A stretch of 32,000 nucleotides of DNA from an uncultured archaeon (GCA_964496765.1 CAZCAP010000001.1:63609-95608), one strand, 5' to 3'. Positions 18,822 through 27,472 are shown, numbered from the stretch's first letter. A program made the numbers and translations. Notes: generated from the letters alone by a model not told the origin.

Positions 18822-18926
18822 TCCCTCCTCCCAGATTCGAACTGGGGATCTACCGGTCACTGCCTTTCTTCTCAGTGTTTACATAAAGTCTACAGCCGGT
18901 CGCACTAACCGCTGTGCTAAGGAGGG
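18822..18926 (-). tRNA. tRNA-Tyr (GTA) with about 32-nt intron at canonical 37/38 position
   Basis: Acceptor CCCTCCT/AGGAGGG with A73 and C1-G72; anticodon stem ACCGG/CCGGT; loop CTGTAG^A; intron ACTTTATGTAAACACTGAGAAGAAAGGCAGTG (18858-18889); T arm CCCAG-TTCGAAT-CTGGG. Confidence 0.93.
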
Positions 18927-19039
18927 ATTTATTCCTTAATAAAATACGGTTATATAATATATTATAAAGACAAAAAGGTATATAAATAGATTTCTCATAA
19001 ACTATTTATAGGAAAATAGAAAAATATATAGTGAAATAA

Positions 19040-19648
19040 ATGAAAAAAGAATACACAGGAATAACCTATAAAAAAATAGATTATTCAAACAAGAGAGAAT
19101 TAACACTAGACTTGCTTAAACAAATCTATGAAATAAATGAATTAATTAATAAAGATATAATACCATTTCATAGATATGCTACTGCTCTTCAAACTAAACT
19201 TGGAAATGAAAAAAACAATCCTGAATGTTTCTATCTTGCTTTTAAAAATAATGAACTAATTTCGGGAATAGAAGGTTACTTTACAACAAAGGATCATTTC
19301 CATATAAATCATGGGTTCACTAGGAAAGAATATCAGAGAACAGGAGTTGGAACCAAAATTCTAATAAGAACTGTAGCTGATTTACGTGTACACCATAATG
19401 TTAAAACAATTGATGCAGTAATACACTCAGATGGTTTTAATATTGTCACAAAAAAGATAACAGGGCTTTACCCAATTAATAAAGAAAAAACAATCTATAG
19501 AATAAATAAATCAAATAAATTCAAATATGAATTTAAATCAGAACCAGAGATAGGAACAACGCACAAGAGAAATACAATTACAGTAAATAAAAATAAGGTA
19601 TCTAGATTTGAACTTATTAAAAAATTATTTAAAGGCAAAAGAAAATAG
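19040..19648 (+). CDS. GNAT-like N-acetyltransferase
   Basis: NNELISGIEGYF...HGFTRKEYQRTGVGTKILIRTVADL resembles GNAT motif A (R/Q-x-x-G-x-G). Confidence 0.6.
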   Translation: MKKEYTGITYKKIDYSNKRELTLDLLKQIYEINELINKDIIPFHRYATALQTKLGNEKNNPECFYLAFKNNELISGIEGYFTTKDHFHINHGFTRKEYQRTGVGTKILIRTVADLRVHHNVKTIDAVIHSDGFNIVTKKITGLYPINKEKTIYRINKSNKFKYEFKSEPEIGTTHKRNTITVNKNKVSRFELIKKLFKGKRK

Positions 19649-19649
19649 T

Positions 19650-20084
19650 TTAACTCTTACCTATAATTTTTTTTAATTGTTTCTTTCGTGCTGGAAAAAT
19701 TATTCCATGATAACCTATAATAAATCCTTTTGTAACCAAATACTTCTCAGTTAGGTAAACTACATATGCTTGAGCAAGAGCAGCCTTTAAATCTTTATGC
19801 ATATCTTCTACGAGAAGAGCAATGATTATCTTTTTTGTTTTTGCAGAATTAACGTCTGTAAAGAACTTAGCAGGTTCCTGTGCCATTAAACTTTCTGTAT
19901 CCTTACTAAATTTAGTAATATCTATTATTTGTTCAAGATATTCTTTTATTTTTGTATTGGTTGAAATTTGAATAGCAGCTAAAAATTCAACAATATCTGT
20001 TTTAGTAACCTCTGGAGTAATCTTCATTTTTTTAACAGAAACAAATCCTTTTAAATTTGAAACAAATTGTATATTTTCTTCCAT
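19650..20084 (-). CDS. Hypothetical protein
   Basis: 144-aa ORF, convergent with the GNAT-like gene; no motif recognised. Confidence 0.55.
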   Translation of the reverse strand: MEENIQFVSNLKGFVSVKKMKITPEVTKTDIVEFLAAIQISTNTKIKEYLEQIIDITKFSKDTESLMAQEPAKFFTDVNSAKTKKIIIALLVEDMHKDLKAALAQAYVVYLTEKYLVTKGFIIGYHGIIFPARKKQLKKIIGKS

Positions 20085-20169
20085 ATTTTATCATTCCTTT
20101 TTTAATTCATATTATAAATTATAATTATCTTTATTTAATCATAGAAATAAATGTTTATATTCCTTGTGG

Positions 20170-20754
20170 TCACTTCTGTTTAAAGCATTTAGTACATCTT
20201 GCTTGATAGATATCTGTCCCACCAATGACCACAGTATCTGTTTGATGTCCTTTTCTATAGGTTTTTGTTGCTGCTTCACCACAATTATTGCAAACAGCAT
20301 CAAGATGAATCACATAATCAGAAATTGCCATTAAAAAACCAATATGATTTTTCCCATCTTTAAATGGAAATGGATCTCCAAGATAGGTTTGATTTAATCC
20401 GCTAGTAAATACATTAATTCCTTGACTTGTTAATCTTTTAATAACATCAAGAATATCTGATTCAAAGAATTGAACCTCATCAATAAAAATATTTTTTAAT
20501 GATTGTTCTTTATTATTTGCATTAGAAAAATATGTAGAGCATATTTGATAGATCTCTTCTGATGTTTTCACAATATTTGCAGGGATTGCTCTCCCATCAT
20601 GATTAACAACCTTCTCTTCTGAATATCTATGATCAATAAATGGTTTAAAGAGAAAAGATTTTCTTCTTCCAATCTCTTCTCTTGAAAATAGTCTTAGAAG
20701 TTCAGTTGTTTTCCCTGAAAACATTGGTCCTGTAATTGTAGTGAGCTTACCCAT
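20170..20754 (-). CDS. tdk: Thymidine kinase
   Basis: TTITGPMFSGKTTELLR, FIDEVQFF, TSGLNQTYLGDPF, zinc ligands CNNC...CTKC. Confidence 0.96.
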   Translation of the reverse strand: MGKLTTITGPMFSGKTTELLRLFSREEIGRRKSFLFKPFIDHRYSEEKVVNHDGRAIPANIVKTSEEIYQICSTYFSNANNKEQSLKNIFIDEVQFFESDILDVIKRLTSQGINVFTSGLNQTYLGDPFPFKDGKNHIGFLMAISDYVIHLDAVCNNCGEAATKTYRKGHQTDTVVIGGTDIYQARCTKCFKQK

Positions 20755-20767
20755 AATTTATCATACA

Positions 20768-21502
20768 TTATTTAATTTTTTCAAAACTTGCTTTATCTAA
20801 AATAAATTTATACCCTGGCATTGGAACAAAACGCGTTTTAACTCCAAAATAATTATTTAAAATTTCAAGATAAACTTTTGTAGGAGGCATTTTATTTTTA
20901 ATTCTTAATTGCATTAAATCAAATTTTTTCTTTGTATATAATTTTTCACGTAATAATCTTTCAAATAAAATGCGTTTTTTAACCATATTATAAAATGCAT
21001 AGTCATTCTTAAGTATATTAATTGCTTCTGGATTATTTTTACAATAGGACTCAATAATGTCCTTATCTGTAATTGTATGTTTATATTTTTTATATTCTTC
21101 ATTAATTATTTTATTTGTTTTTTTTGTAAAAGTAAAAAAGGTTCTCCCTATGTTTTTACTTGTTTTTTTATCAATAATTAAAATTCCTTCTATATCTATA
21201 TTTTTAAAAAACAGTTTATCTACATGCCCAGCAATATCTCCAACAGATGGAAGAGCAGGTTTATCATTGAACCTACGGCTAATATGAGAATGATAGGCCC
21301 TATCTTGAAGTTTGCCTAAGTTTAAACTTACGGTCCTTTTATTTCTAATCTTACTTATTTCTTCTAATTCAGAAAATGGAGCATTTTTCTTTGTAAAAAT
21401 AGCTTCTTTTTTAGTTATGTTAGGAGTAGATTCAACAATTTCTTTTGAAGTTCTATATCCAATTGGCTTAACATATTTACTTAGTTTTTTTATTGGAGGC
21501 AT
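20768..21502 (-). CDS. Basic hypothetical protein
   Basis: 244-aa Lys-rich ORF, 13 nt upstream of tdk on the same strand. Confidence 0.55.
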   Translation of the reverse strand: MPPIKKLSKYVKPIGYRTSKEIVESTPNITKKEAIFTKKNAPFSELEEISKIRNKRTVSLNLGKLQDRAYHSHISRRFNDKPALPSVGDIAGHVDKLFFKNIDIEGILIIDKKTSKNIGRTFFTFTKKTNKIINEEYKKYKHTITDKDIIESYCKNNPEAINILKNDYAFYNMVKKRILFERLLREKLYTKKKFDLMQLRIKNKMPPTKVYLEILNNYFGVKTRFVPMPGYKFILDKASFEKIK

Positions 21503-21566
21503 AATATCAAATAAAATTAAGAACCAGATATTTTAAAAATAGATTTCTTTTAAATTGTAAATAAAA

Positions 21567-21815
21567 GAGGCTAGTGGTCTGCTATAAGCCGCTTTCTGTA
21601 CTAAATTGGCAATCTGTCTTATGCGGAGGTAAATTTCTCCTTGCACCACACTCTTTCTGATAAATTTTTCAGCAATTCTTGTTTCTCCTCAGTGATTACA
21701 CATCACAGGATAACAGAAACAAGCTGTCCTTTTTCTGTTCAGAAAGCATCCTTTGCAGGATGTTTGTCTTTTTATTAAGGGTGAGCGGACTTTCCTTGTC
21801 TGTTAAACCCAAAGG
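21567..21815 (-). ncRNA. rnpB: RNase P RNA (approximate ends)
   Basis: Minus strand begins GGGTTTAACAGACAAGGAAAGTCCGCTCACCC (CR-I-like GGAAAGTCCGC) and ends GTACAGAAAGCGGCTTATAGCAGACCACTAG (CR-V-like ACAGAAA...GGCTTAT). Internal GC-rich hairpins such as GCATCCTTTGCAGGATG. No plausible CDS. Confidence 0.85.
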
Positions 21816-21925
21816 CTTAACAAGCATGCCAAAACACAAACCACTAACATATATATTAAGAGAAAAAGTATATTTAAAGATATTGATTGGAGGACAGTAA
21901 GTACTGTCCAACAAATATAACAATA

Positions 21926-22618
21926 TCACTTATTCCTAATTACTTCATTCACAGCTGAATAAAATCCACCCATAATTACATAAACAATAAATAACAAAAT
22001 AATTGCACCAATATAGTACATTATATTTGCATTTATTCCCAATAATTGTAGGATTCCTAATAATATAGCAACGCCTAATAAATACATTACAAAGTAACCT
22101 ATTAAAAAAAGCATTGAAACTAAAAAGTTTTTTGTCCAAATAGTCTTTAGATTAGATCTGAATGCAAAGAAGTTTTCGAATTTCTTATTTTGGAAATATT
22201 TAACAAATCCAACTAGTTTAATCAACTCTACAATTCCAGCAATAACCATGAATATTGCCATAATTATTGAAACAACTAGTATTAAGGCTGGATTTATTGT
22301 TGGACTTAGTGTAATTAAATAATAGGGAATAAAACCAATTAAAACAATTATTCCTTCAATTATAAAAAATATAATTGATACAAGAATAAACATTCCAGAA
22401 AACTTAAGTATGTTTCCCCAGGTTTTATTATTATATTTATTTAATTTTCCTGTATTAAGTAAACTTGCAAGGAAACCAGTACCTAGAATCAAGATAAGTG
22501 CTGCAGAGATTATTAAAGTAACCTCACTAATTAATGCAAAAAGCATAAGAGCAAAAATAATCCATAAAAATTTGATATTAATATATGGGAAACCAAGTGT
22601 TTTTCTTAAATCAAACAT
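21926..22618 (-). CDS. Polytopic membrane protein, DUF4013-like
   Basis: 230 aa with multiple TM segments. The family suggestion is tentative. Confidence 0.6.
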   Translation of the reverse strand: MFDLRKTLGFPYINIKFLWIIFALMLFALISEVTLIISAALILILGTGFLASLLNTGKLNKYNNKTWGNILKFSGMFILVSIIFFIIEGIIVLIGFIPYYLITLSPTINPALILVVSIIMAIFMVIAGIVELIKLVGFVKYFQNKKFENFFAFRSNLKTIWTKNFLVSMLFLIGYFVMYLLGVAILLGILQLLGINANIMYYIGAIILLFIVYVIMGGFYSAVNEVIRNK

Positions 22619-22701
22619 ATCTTTTCATTTCTCCTAAATATTTTTTAAATTAGTAAATTCTTTTATTGATTGAAAGTAAAATACGTTGCTTGAAATTTAA
22701 G

Positions 22702-22774
22702 TGGACTCTGCGAGACTCGAACTCGCGGCCTCGTCCTTGCAAGGGACGCGATCTACCAACTGATCTAAGAGCCC
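22702..22774 (-). tRNA. tRNA-Ala (TGC)
   Basis: GGGCTCT/AGAGTCC acceptor with G3:U70, loop CTTGCAA, T arm GCGAG-TTCGAGT-CTCGC, A73. Confidence 0.96.
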
Positions 22775-22877
22775 AATATATAATTTATTGTTGATTTTCT
22801 TACTATATACTAATATAATTATGCTTAAATATATTTATAAATACATCTTATACTAAATAATTTTTTAAAAATCAAAT

Positions 22878-23693
22878 TTAAGGAAATACTAGTTTCCAGC
22901 TTAAACAATTAAATAAAGGTAAAATAAAGATTAATAATAAAAGAATTAATAAAGACAGGATTAAGTAAAAAATGATTTGTTTAACCTTTATTTTCTTTTG
23001 CTTATTTGTTCTTTTAAATGCTTTTCCTAATCTAAAAAAGAGTATTGGAATCAAAAAAGATTGAATAACATAAAAAGTACACCAAATTGATGGAGAGGCT
23101 GTGCAAACATTCACAGAGAAAAGAAAATAACCAACAAAAACATAAATTGCACTAAGAATGAAAGAAATATCTGCAATAGTTAATAAATAAATTAATATTG
23201 TATGCTTTGATTTATCATCTTTAATCTCAGAATTTATTTTGAAAGCACAAATATGCCAATAAATAAAAAAGAACAACCAAACTATTGCCCACAAACCAGC
23301 AGAACTATGTTGCAAATAAAAGCTTGTTGATCCAAAAGTTAGTGGAGAAAAAATTATTTGCAAGGAAACAAGAAAAATAGGAATAATAGCTATCCAACTA
23401 TATATTTTTGTATTTGATAAGATTTCAAGTGATCTAAGAAAGAAATATACAGCACAAATTGAAATTATTAAACCAATTTTGTAGATTATTGTATTATTTG
23501 TTAATAAAGATAAAAATTCAAAAAATTGATGCAATCCAATACATAAAAATATAGCCATTGAAGAATATAAAAATGGTAGTAACCATTTTTTTTCTGAATT
23601 TTCATATTTATTTTTATAATAGAAAAAATAAATTACAGCAGATATTAGAATAATTAAAGATGTGGCTAACTGCACTCCAAGACTATAACACAT
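22878..23693 (-). CDS. Seven-TM-like hypothetical membrane protein
   Basis: 271-aa ORF with about 7 hydrophobic segments; TTTATAAATA about 24 nt upstream of the start. Confidence 0.65.
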   Translation of the reverse strand: MCYSLGVQLATSLIILISAVIYFFYYKNKYENSEKKWLLPFLYSSMAIFLCIGLHQFFEFLSLLTNNTIIYKIGLIISICAVYFFLRSLEILSNTKIYSWIAIIPIFLVSLQIIFSPLTFGSTSFYLQHSSAGLWAIVWLFFFIYWHICAFKINSEIKDDKSKHTILIYLLTIADISFILSAIYVFVGYFLFSVNVCTASPSIWCTFYVIQSFLIPILFFRLGKAFKRTNKQKKIKVKQIIFYLILSLLILLLLIFILPLFNCLSWKLVFP

Positions 23694-23913
23694 AAGTTAA
23701 TTAATGTAATATAAATTTATAAATAGATATTGTTTAATTGAAAATAATCTACTCTGATAATAGGATAGAAAATAATAATTATCAGAACTTAGAATTAAAT
23801 TGAAAATCGAAGTTAAGATCTTGTATGTGGAGAAAACTTTCTTTACATTTTTTCTTTGAAATAGACATTTGAGTCATCTCAAAATCAATTTATATTTTGT
23901 ATATAAATTATTT

Positions 23914-25412
23914 AGGAGGTGATCCGTCCGCAGGTTCCCCTACGGACACCTTGTTACAACTTAGTCTGTCTCGCGGGATATAGAATTACTTCGACCTCTA
24001 AAGATTGAAGTTCATCCACACTCCACTCAACTGGCTTGATGGGCGGTGTGTGCAAGGCGCAGGGACATATTCACCGCGCGATAGTGACACGCGATTACTG
24101 GGGATTCCAGCTTCATGAGGGTGAGTTGCAACCCTCAATCCGGACTTGGATTACGTTTCTGTGATTGCCACCCCCTTTCGGGTTAGAGACACATTGTCGT
24201 AACCATTGTATGCCGCGTGTTGCCCAGGACATTAGCGCTATACAGACCTACCTTCGCCCATTCCTTCCTCATTGTTACCAATGCAGTCTTATTAGAGTGC
24301 CTCTCCATCATAAAGAAAGAAAGTAGCAACTAATAATATGGGTCTCGCCCGTTACCTGAGTTAACAGGAAGCTTCGCAGTACGAGCTGACGATGGCCATA
24401 CAGCAGCTTTCAGCGTATCAGGTAAACCCTTCAGATTGACCGTCATCTGGCTGTCAGCCCTGGTGAGATATCTGGCGTTTCATCCAATTAAACCGCAGCA
24501 TCCACCCCTTGTAGTGCACCCCCGCCAATTCCATTAAGTTTCAGTCTTGCGACCATACTTCCCAGGTGGTGGATTTAATGATTTCTCTTCGGCCCTGAGT
24601 TAACTCGTAGTTAACCCAACACCTAATCCACATCGTTTACAGCTGGGACTAACCGGGTATCTAATCCGGGTTGCGCCCCCAGCTTTCGTGTCTCATTGTC
24701 AGATTAGTTCTCGTTTGGCGCCTTCGCCACAGGTGGTCCTCCTAGTATCTTAAGATTCTACTCCTACTCTAGGAATACCCCAAACGTCTCCCTATCTCTA
24801 GTTCTGTCAGTATCTTTTGCAATTCAACTGATTAAGTCAGCTGCTTTCACAAAAGACTTAACAAACCAACTACACACGCTTTAAACCAAATAATGCTGGA
24901 TACCACTCGGGGATTACGTATTACCGCGGCGGCTGGCACGCATATTGCCCCCCCCTTATTCGTATTGTTATCGACACAATACAAAAGCTTACGAATGTAA
25001 GCACTTGGAATTCCTTTATCACGGTTTCCCGCATTGTAAAATTTTCGTAACTGCTGCACCCCGTAGGGCTAGGAACATTATCTCAGTTTCCTTCTCCGGG
25101 CTCCCTCTCTCAAGGCCCGTACAGATCTTCGGCTTGGTAGGCAATTACCCTGCCAACTACCTAATCTGACGCAGTCCCATCTTTTCGCACTTAAATCTAC
25201 ATGACAACTTAAGCCTTTGAAAAATCAATCATTCCAGATTTGATTTTCTATAGAGCATTATCCTTAGTTTCCCAAGTTTTACTCTTCAAAAAGGTAGGTT
25301 GACTACGCGTTACTGAGCCGTTCGCCAAAGTTCATCATGGTTAGAACTTTTAGACTTGCATGTCTTAGTCGAATTCCAATAGCAGTACCCACCAGCAGGA
25401 TCAGCTGGAATT
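23914..25412 (-). rRNA. rrs: 16S ribosomal RNA (archaeal type), apparently full length
   Basis: 5' AATTCCAGCTGATCCTGC; GTGCCAGCCGCCGCGGTAATAC; ATTAGATACCCGGTTAGTCC; GGGCGGTG region TGTACACACCGCCC-like (+ strand gggcggtgtgtgcaag); 3' GTAGGGGAACCTGCGGACGGATCACCTCCT. Confidence 0.98.
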
Positions 25413-25636
25413 GGTATTAATTATTATGCACACAAAGATATTTTGTAAATTTGCACAAATTGCTTTTGTTTAGCTATTTGTTTCGTCTTCTCCCAACATC
25501 AGACTCAAAAAAATTTGAGACCTCATCATTATACAAGATCCACAGTTTTACCTAAAATAGATTTAGATAAAAAAGAAACTTGATATTACCTCATTTGAAA
25601 AATTCAAACGCGGTAATATAATAATGGAGTAGAAAT

Positions 25637-25647
25637 GTTTATAAAGG
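25637..25647 (-). promoter_or_regulatory. Putative 16S rRNA promoter TATA box
   Basis: Minus strand CCTTTATAAAC about 225 nt upstream of the 16S 5' end, upstream of the leader inverted repeat. Confidence 0.55.
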
Positions 25648-25697
25648 TATATGTCGTTTTCCTCAGAAAAAGAAAGATTTCGGGTAGACCTATAACC

Positions 25698-26177
25698 TTA
25701 TTTAGTTAATTTTTCAAGAAATCTTATTTTTTTAAGATATTTCTTATTTCCTCTTAATAAGTATATATACCTATACATTTTAAGAAGCATTCCTAATTTA
25801 ACAACAATTACCTTATTTTTTTTGTATATTATTGTTTCTCTAAGCCTATAATCTTCAAGAACAGATAAAGCAAGCTTATCATAGGATCCTTTCTTGAAAG
25901 CCATTATATCTATTTCTGTTCCAAACAATTGAAAATCAAATCTTCCACCAGTGTCTGATTTATAATCCTTTGAATTAAATGTAACTTCTTTTATCTTAGA
26001 AAGAACATTATCTATCTTCCTTAAATCTTTATAAAAAATAAATATATCAATGTCATTTGCTATTTTTCTAAGCCCTCTTATCTTTAGAGACAAAGATCCA
26101 AACACAAAATAAGTTATTTTTTCTTTGTTAAATAAATCAATTATAAAAAATAGAGCTTTATTAAAATTTTTCTTCAT
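25698..26177 (-). CDS. Nucleotidyltransferase-domain (pol beta-like) protein
   Basis: YFVFGSLSLKIRGLRKIANDIDIFIFYKD...GTEIDIMAF resembles the GS-x(n)-R-x(n)-DxD motif. Confidence 0.7.
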   Translation of the reverse strand: MKKNFNKALFFIIDLFNKEKITYFVFGSLSLKIRGLRKIANDIDIFIFYKDLRKIDNVLSKIKEVTFNSKDYKSDTGGRFDFQLFGTEIDIMAFKKGSYDKLALSVLEDYRLRETIIYKKNKVIVVKLGMLLKMYRYIYLLRGNKKYLKKIRFLEKLTK

Positions 26178-26185
26178 TGATTATC

Positions 26186-26653
26186 CTAATTTTTTTTATT
26201 TTTAGATAGTATTTCTTTTGCAATTTTTTGTCTTTTCTTAATATCCATTTTAGGCCCAACTAATGTAGTTATATATCCAGGATATTTTTCAAAATAAATA
26301 TTACCTGACAACTCTCCAAACTTGGAATCATCAATTTTGGGCATAGGGTATAATTTAGTATGAATGTGATTTACTCCTTGCCCTTCAAAAACCATTGCAA
26401 CCCTCTTAACCCCTAATCCTTTTTCAAGAATCTTTGCAACCTTCTTTGAAATTAATAGTAACTTTGTATATACGCTAGGAGATAAATCAAAAACATAAGA
26501 ACCATAATGTTCTTTTGTTAATACAAGAGTTGCACCTTTTATATTTGGGTGGGCATCTAAAATAGCAATAAAAATTTTATCTTCATATATGATTGCAGCT
26601 TCAAGTTCCTTCTTTGCAATCTTACAAAACACACAATCAGATTTTTGCTTCAT
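26186..26653 (-). CDS. HIT-family protein with modified histidine triad (HIHTK)
   Basis: DCVFCKIAKKELEAAIIYED..., GVNHIHTKLYPM. Confidence 0.88.
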   Translation of the reverse strand: MKQKSDCVFCKIAKKELEAAIIYEDKIFIAILDAHPNIKGATLVLTKEHYGSYVFDLSPSVYTKLLLISKKVAKILEKGLGVKRVAMVFEGQGVNHIHTKLYPMPKIDDSKFGELSGNIYFEKYPGYITTLVGPKMDIKKRQKIAKEILSKNKKN

Positions 26654-26743
26654 AATTGTCCAATAAATATAACACTAACCTTAATAATAAATAGTTTTTT
26701 AAAAAAAAGGAAAAATAAAAAAAGAAAAGTGCTTCATTTAAAT

Positions 26744-26875
26744 TTATGAAGCAGCTTTCTTTCTTAAGTATCTTCTCTCTCTCTTCTTCTCTCTCATCTT
26801 CTTCTTCTTCCATTTCCATCTTTCTCTGGATCTGGTTTTCTTAAACCTACTAGAATCTTTTTTTCTCGTACCCAT
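26744..26875 (-). CDS. 43-aa highly basic protein, possibly ribosomal protein L41e-like
   Basis: Not in the ORF track (below its length cut-off). Translates as MGTRKKDSSRFKKTRSRERWKWKKKKMREKKRERRYLRKKAAS. The WKWKKKKM-(K/R)n composition resembles L41e. Confidence 0.45.
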   Translation of the reverse strand: MGTRKKDSSRFKKTRSRERWKWKKKKMREKKRERRYLRKKAAS

Positions 26876-27043
26876 TTTTTTCACTTCACATTTTATTAAT
26901 CATTATTTATTTTTGGGAATAGAATACTTTTCTTTGTTTCAGAATAACTTATTGTTTCTTCTTCCCTTTTCATGGTTTATTTTTTTATTTTAAACCATTG
27001 TACATCAACCATCGCCTGTTAATCTGGCGTGCAATTGAGGCTA

Positions 27044-27117
27044 TGCCCCGAATGGGATTCGGACCCATGTTGTCGGCTTGAAAGGCCAAAGTGATTACCG
27101 GGCTACACTATCGGGGC
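27044..27117 (-). tRNA. tRNA-Glu (TTC)
   Basis: GCCCCGA/TCGGGGC acceptor, loop CTTTCAA, T arm ATGGG-TCCGAAT-CCCAT, A73. Confidence 0.95.
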
Positions 27118-27291
27118 ATATATTAACAGCTCTAGATGTAAAATAATAATAAATTACAAAAACAGCCTAATATAATTAAAGAAGCGATTTATTTATATAT
27201 TATTTGTTTTCTATAATATTAAAGGTAATCTAATTATATTTTAAGAAAGTATTAATTTTAACCTAAAACCATGGAGTATGAGTGAAAATTT

Positions 27292-27444
27292 ATGGAAACA
27301 TTAGCAAAAGAAAGAAGATTAAAAAATATGTGGGTTTGCATGGCCTGTAATGGAGTATCACGTGCAAAGCTAAAACCTACTTTTTGTAAAAGATGTGGCT
27401 CCATTAGAATGAGAGCAAAGAAGAAAGGAAAGAGAACAAAGTAA
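27292..27444 (+). CDS. 50S ribosomal protein L40e-like zinc ribbon protein
   Basis: Not in the ORF track. METLAKERRLKNMWVCMACNGVSRAKLKPTFCKRCGSIRMRAKKKGKRTK, with the CxxC...CxxC spacing and basic tail of L40e. Confidence 0.75.
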   Translation: METLAKERRLKNMWVCMACNGVSRAKLKPTFCKRCGSIRMRAKKKGKRTK

Positions 27445-27472
27445 ATTTAACTTTGTTTTTTTATTTTTTATT

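Noticed and set aside
21679-21929. ORFs 21679-21900 (+) and 21696-21929 (-)
   Set aside because: Overlap the probable RNase P RNA; no protein-like features.
24847-25169. ORFs inside the 16S gene (24847-25059 -, 24945-25169 +)
   Set aside because: They lie entirely within rRNA; translated rRNA is a common artefact.
23914-25412. Possible intron or large insertion in 16S
   Set aside because: Length of about 1.5 kb and uninterrupted order of conserved blocks give no sign of an intron.
26637-26819. 60-aa minus ORF MEMEEEEDEREEEREK...
   Set aside because: Frame-shifted reading of the AGA/GAG-rich stretch; the alternative frame gives a more plausible basic small protein (26744-26875).
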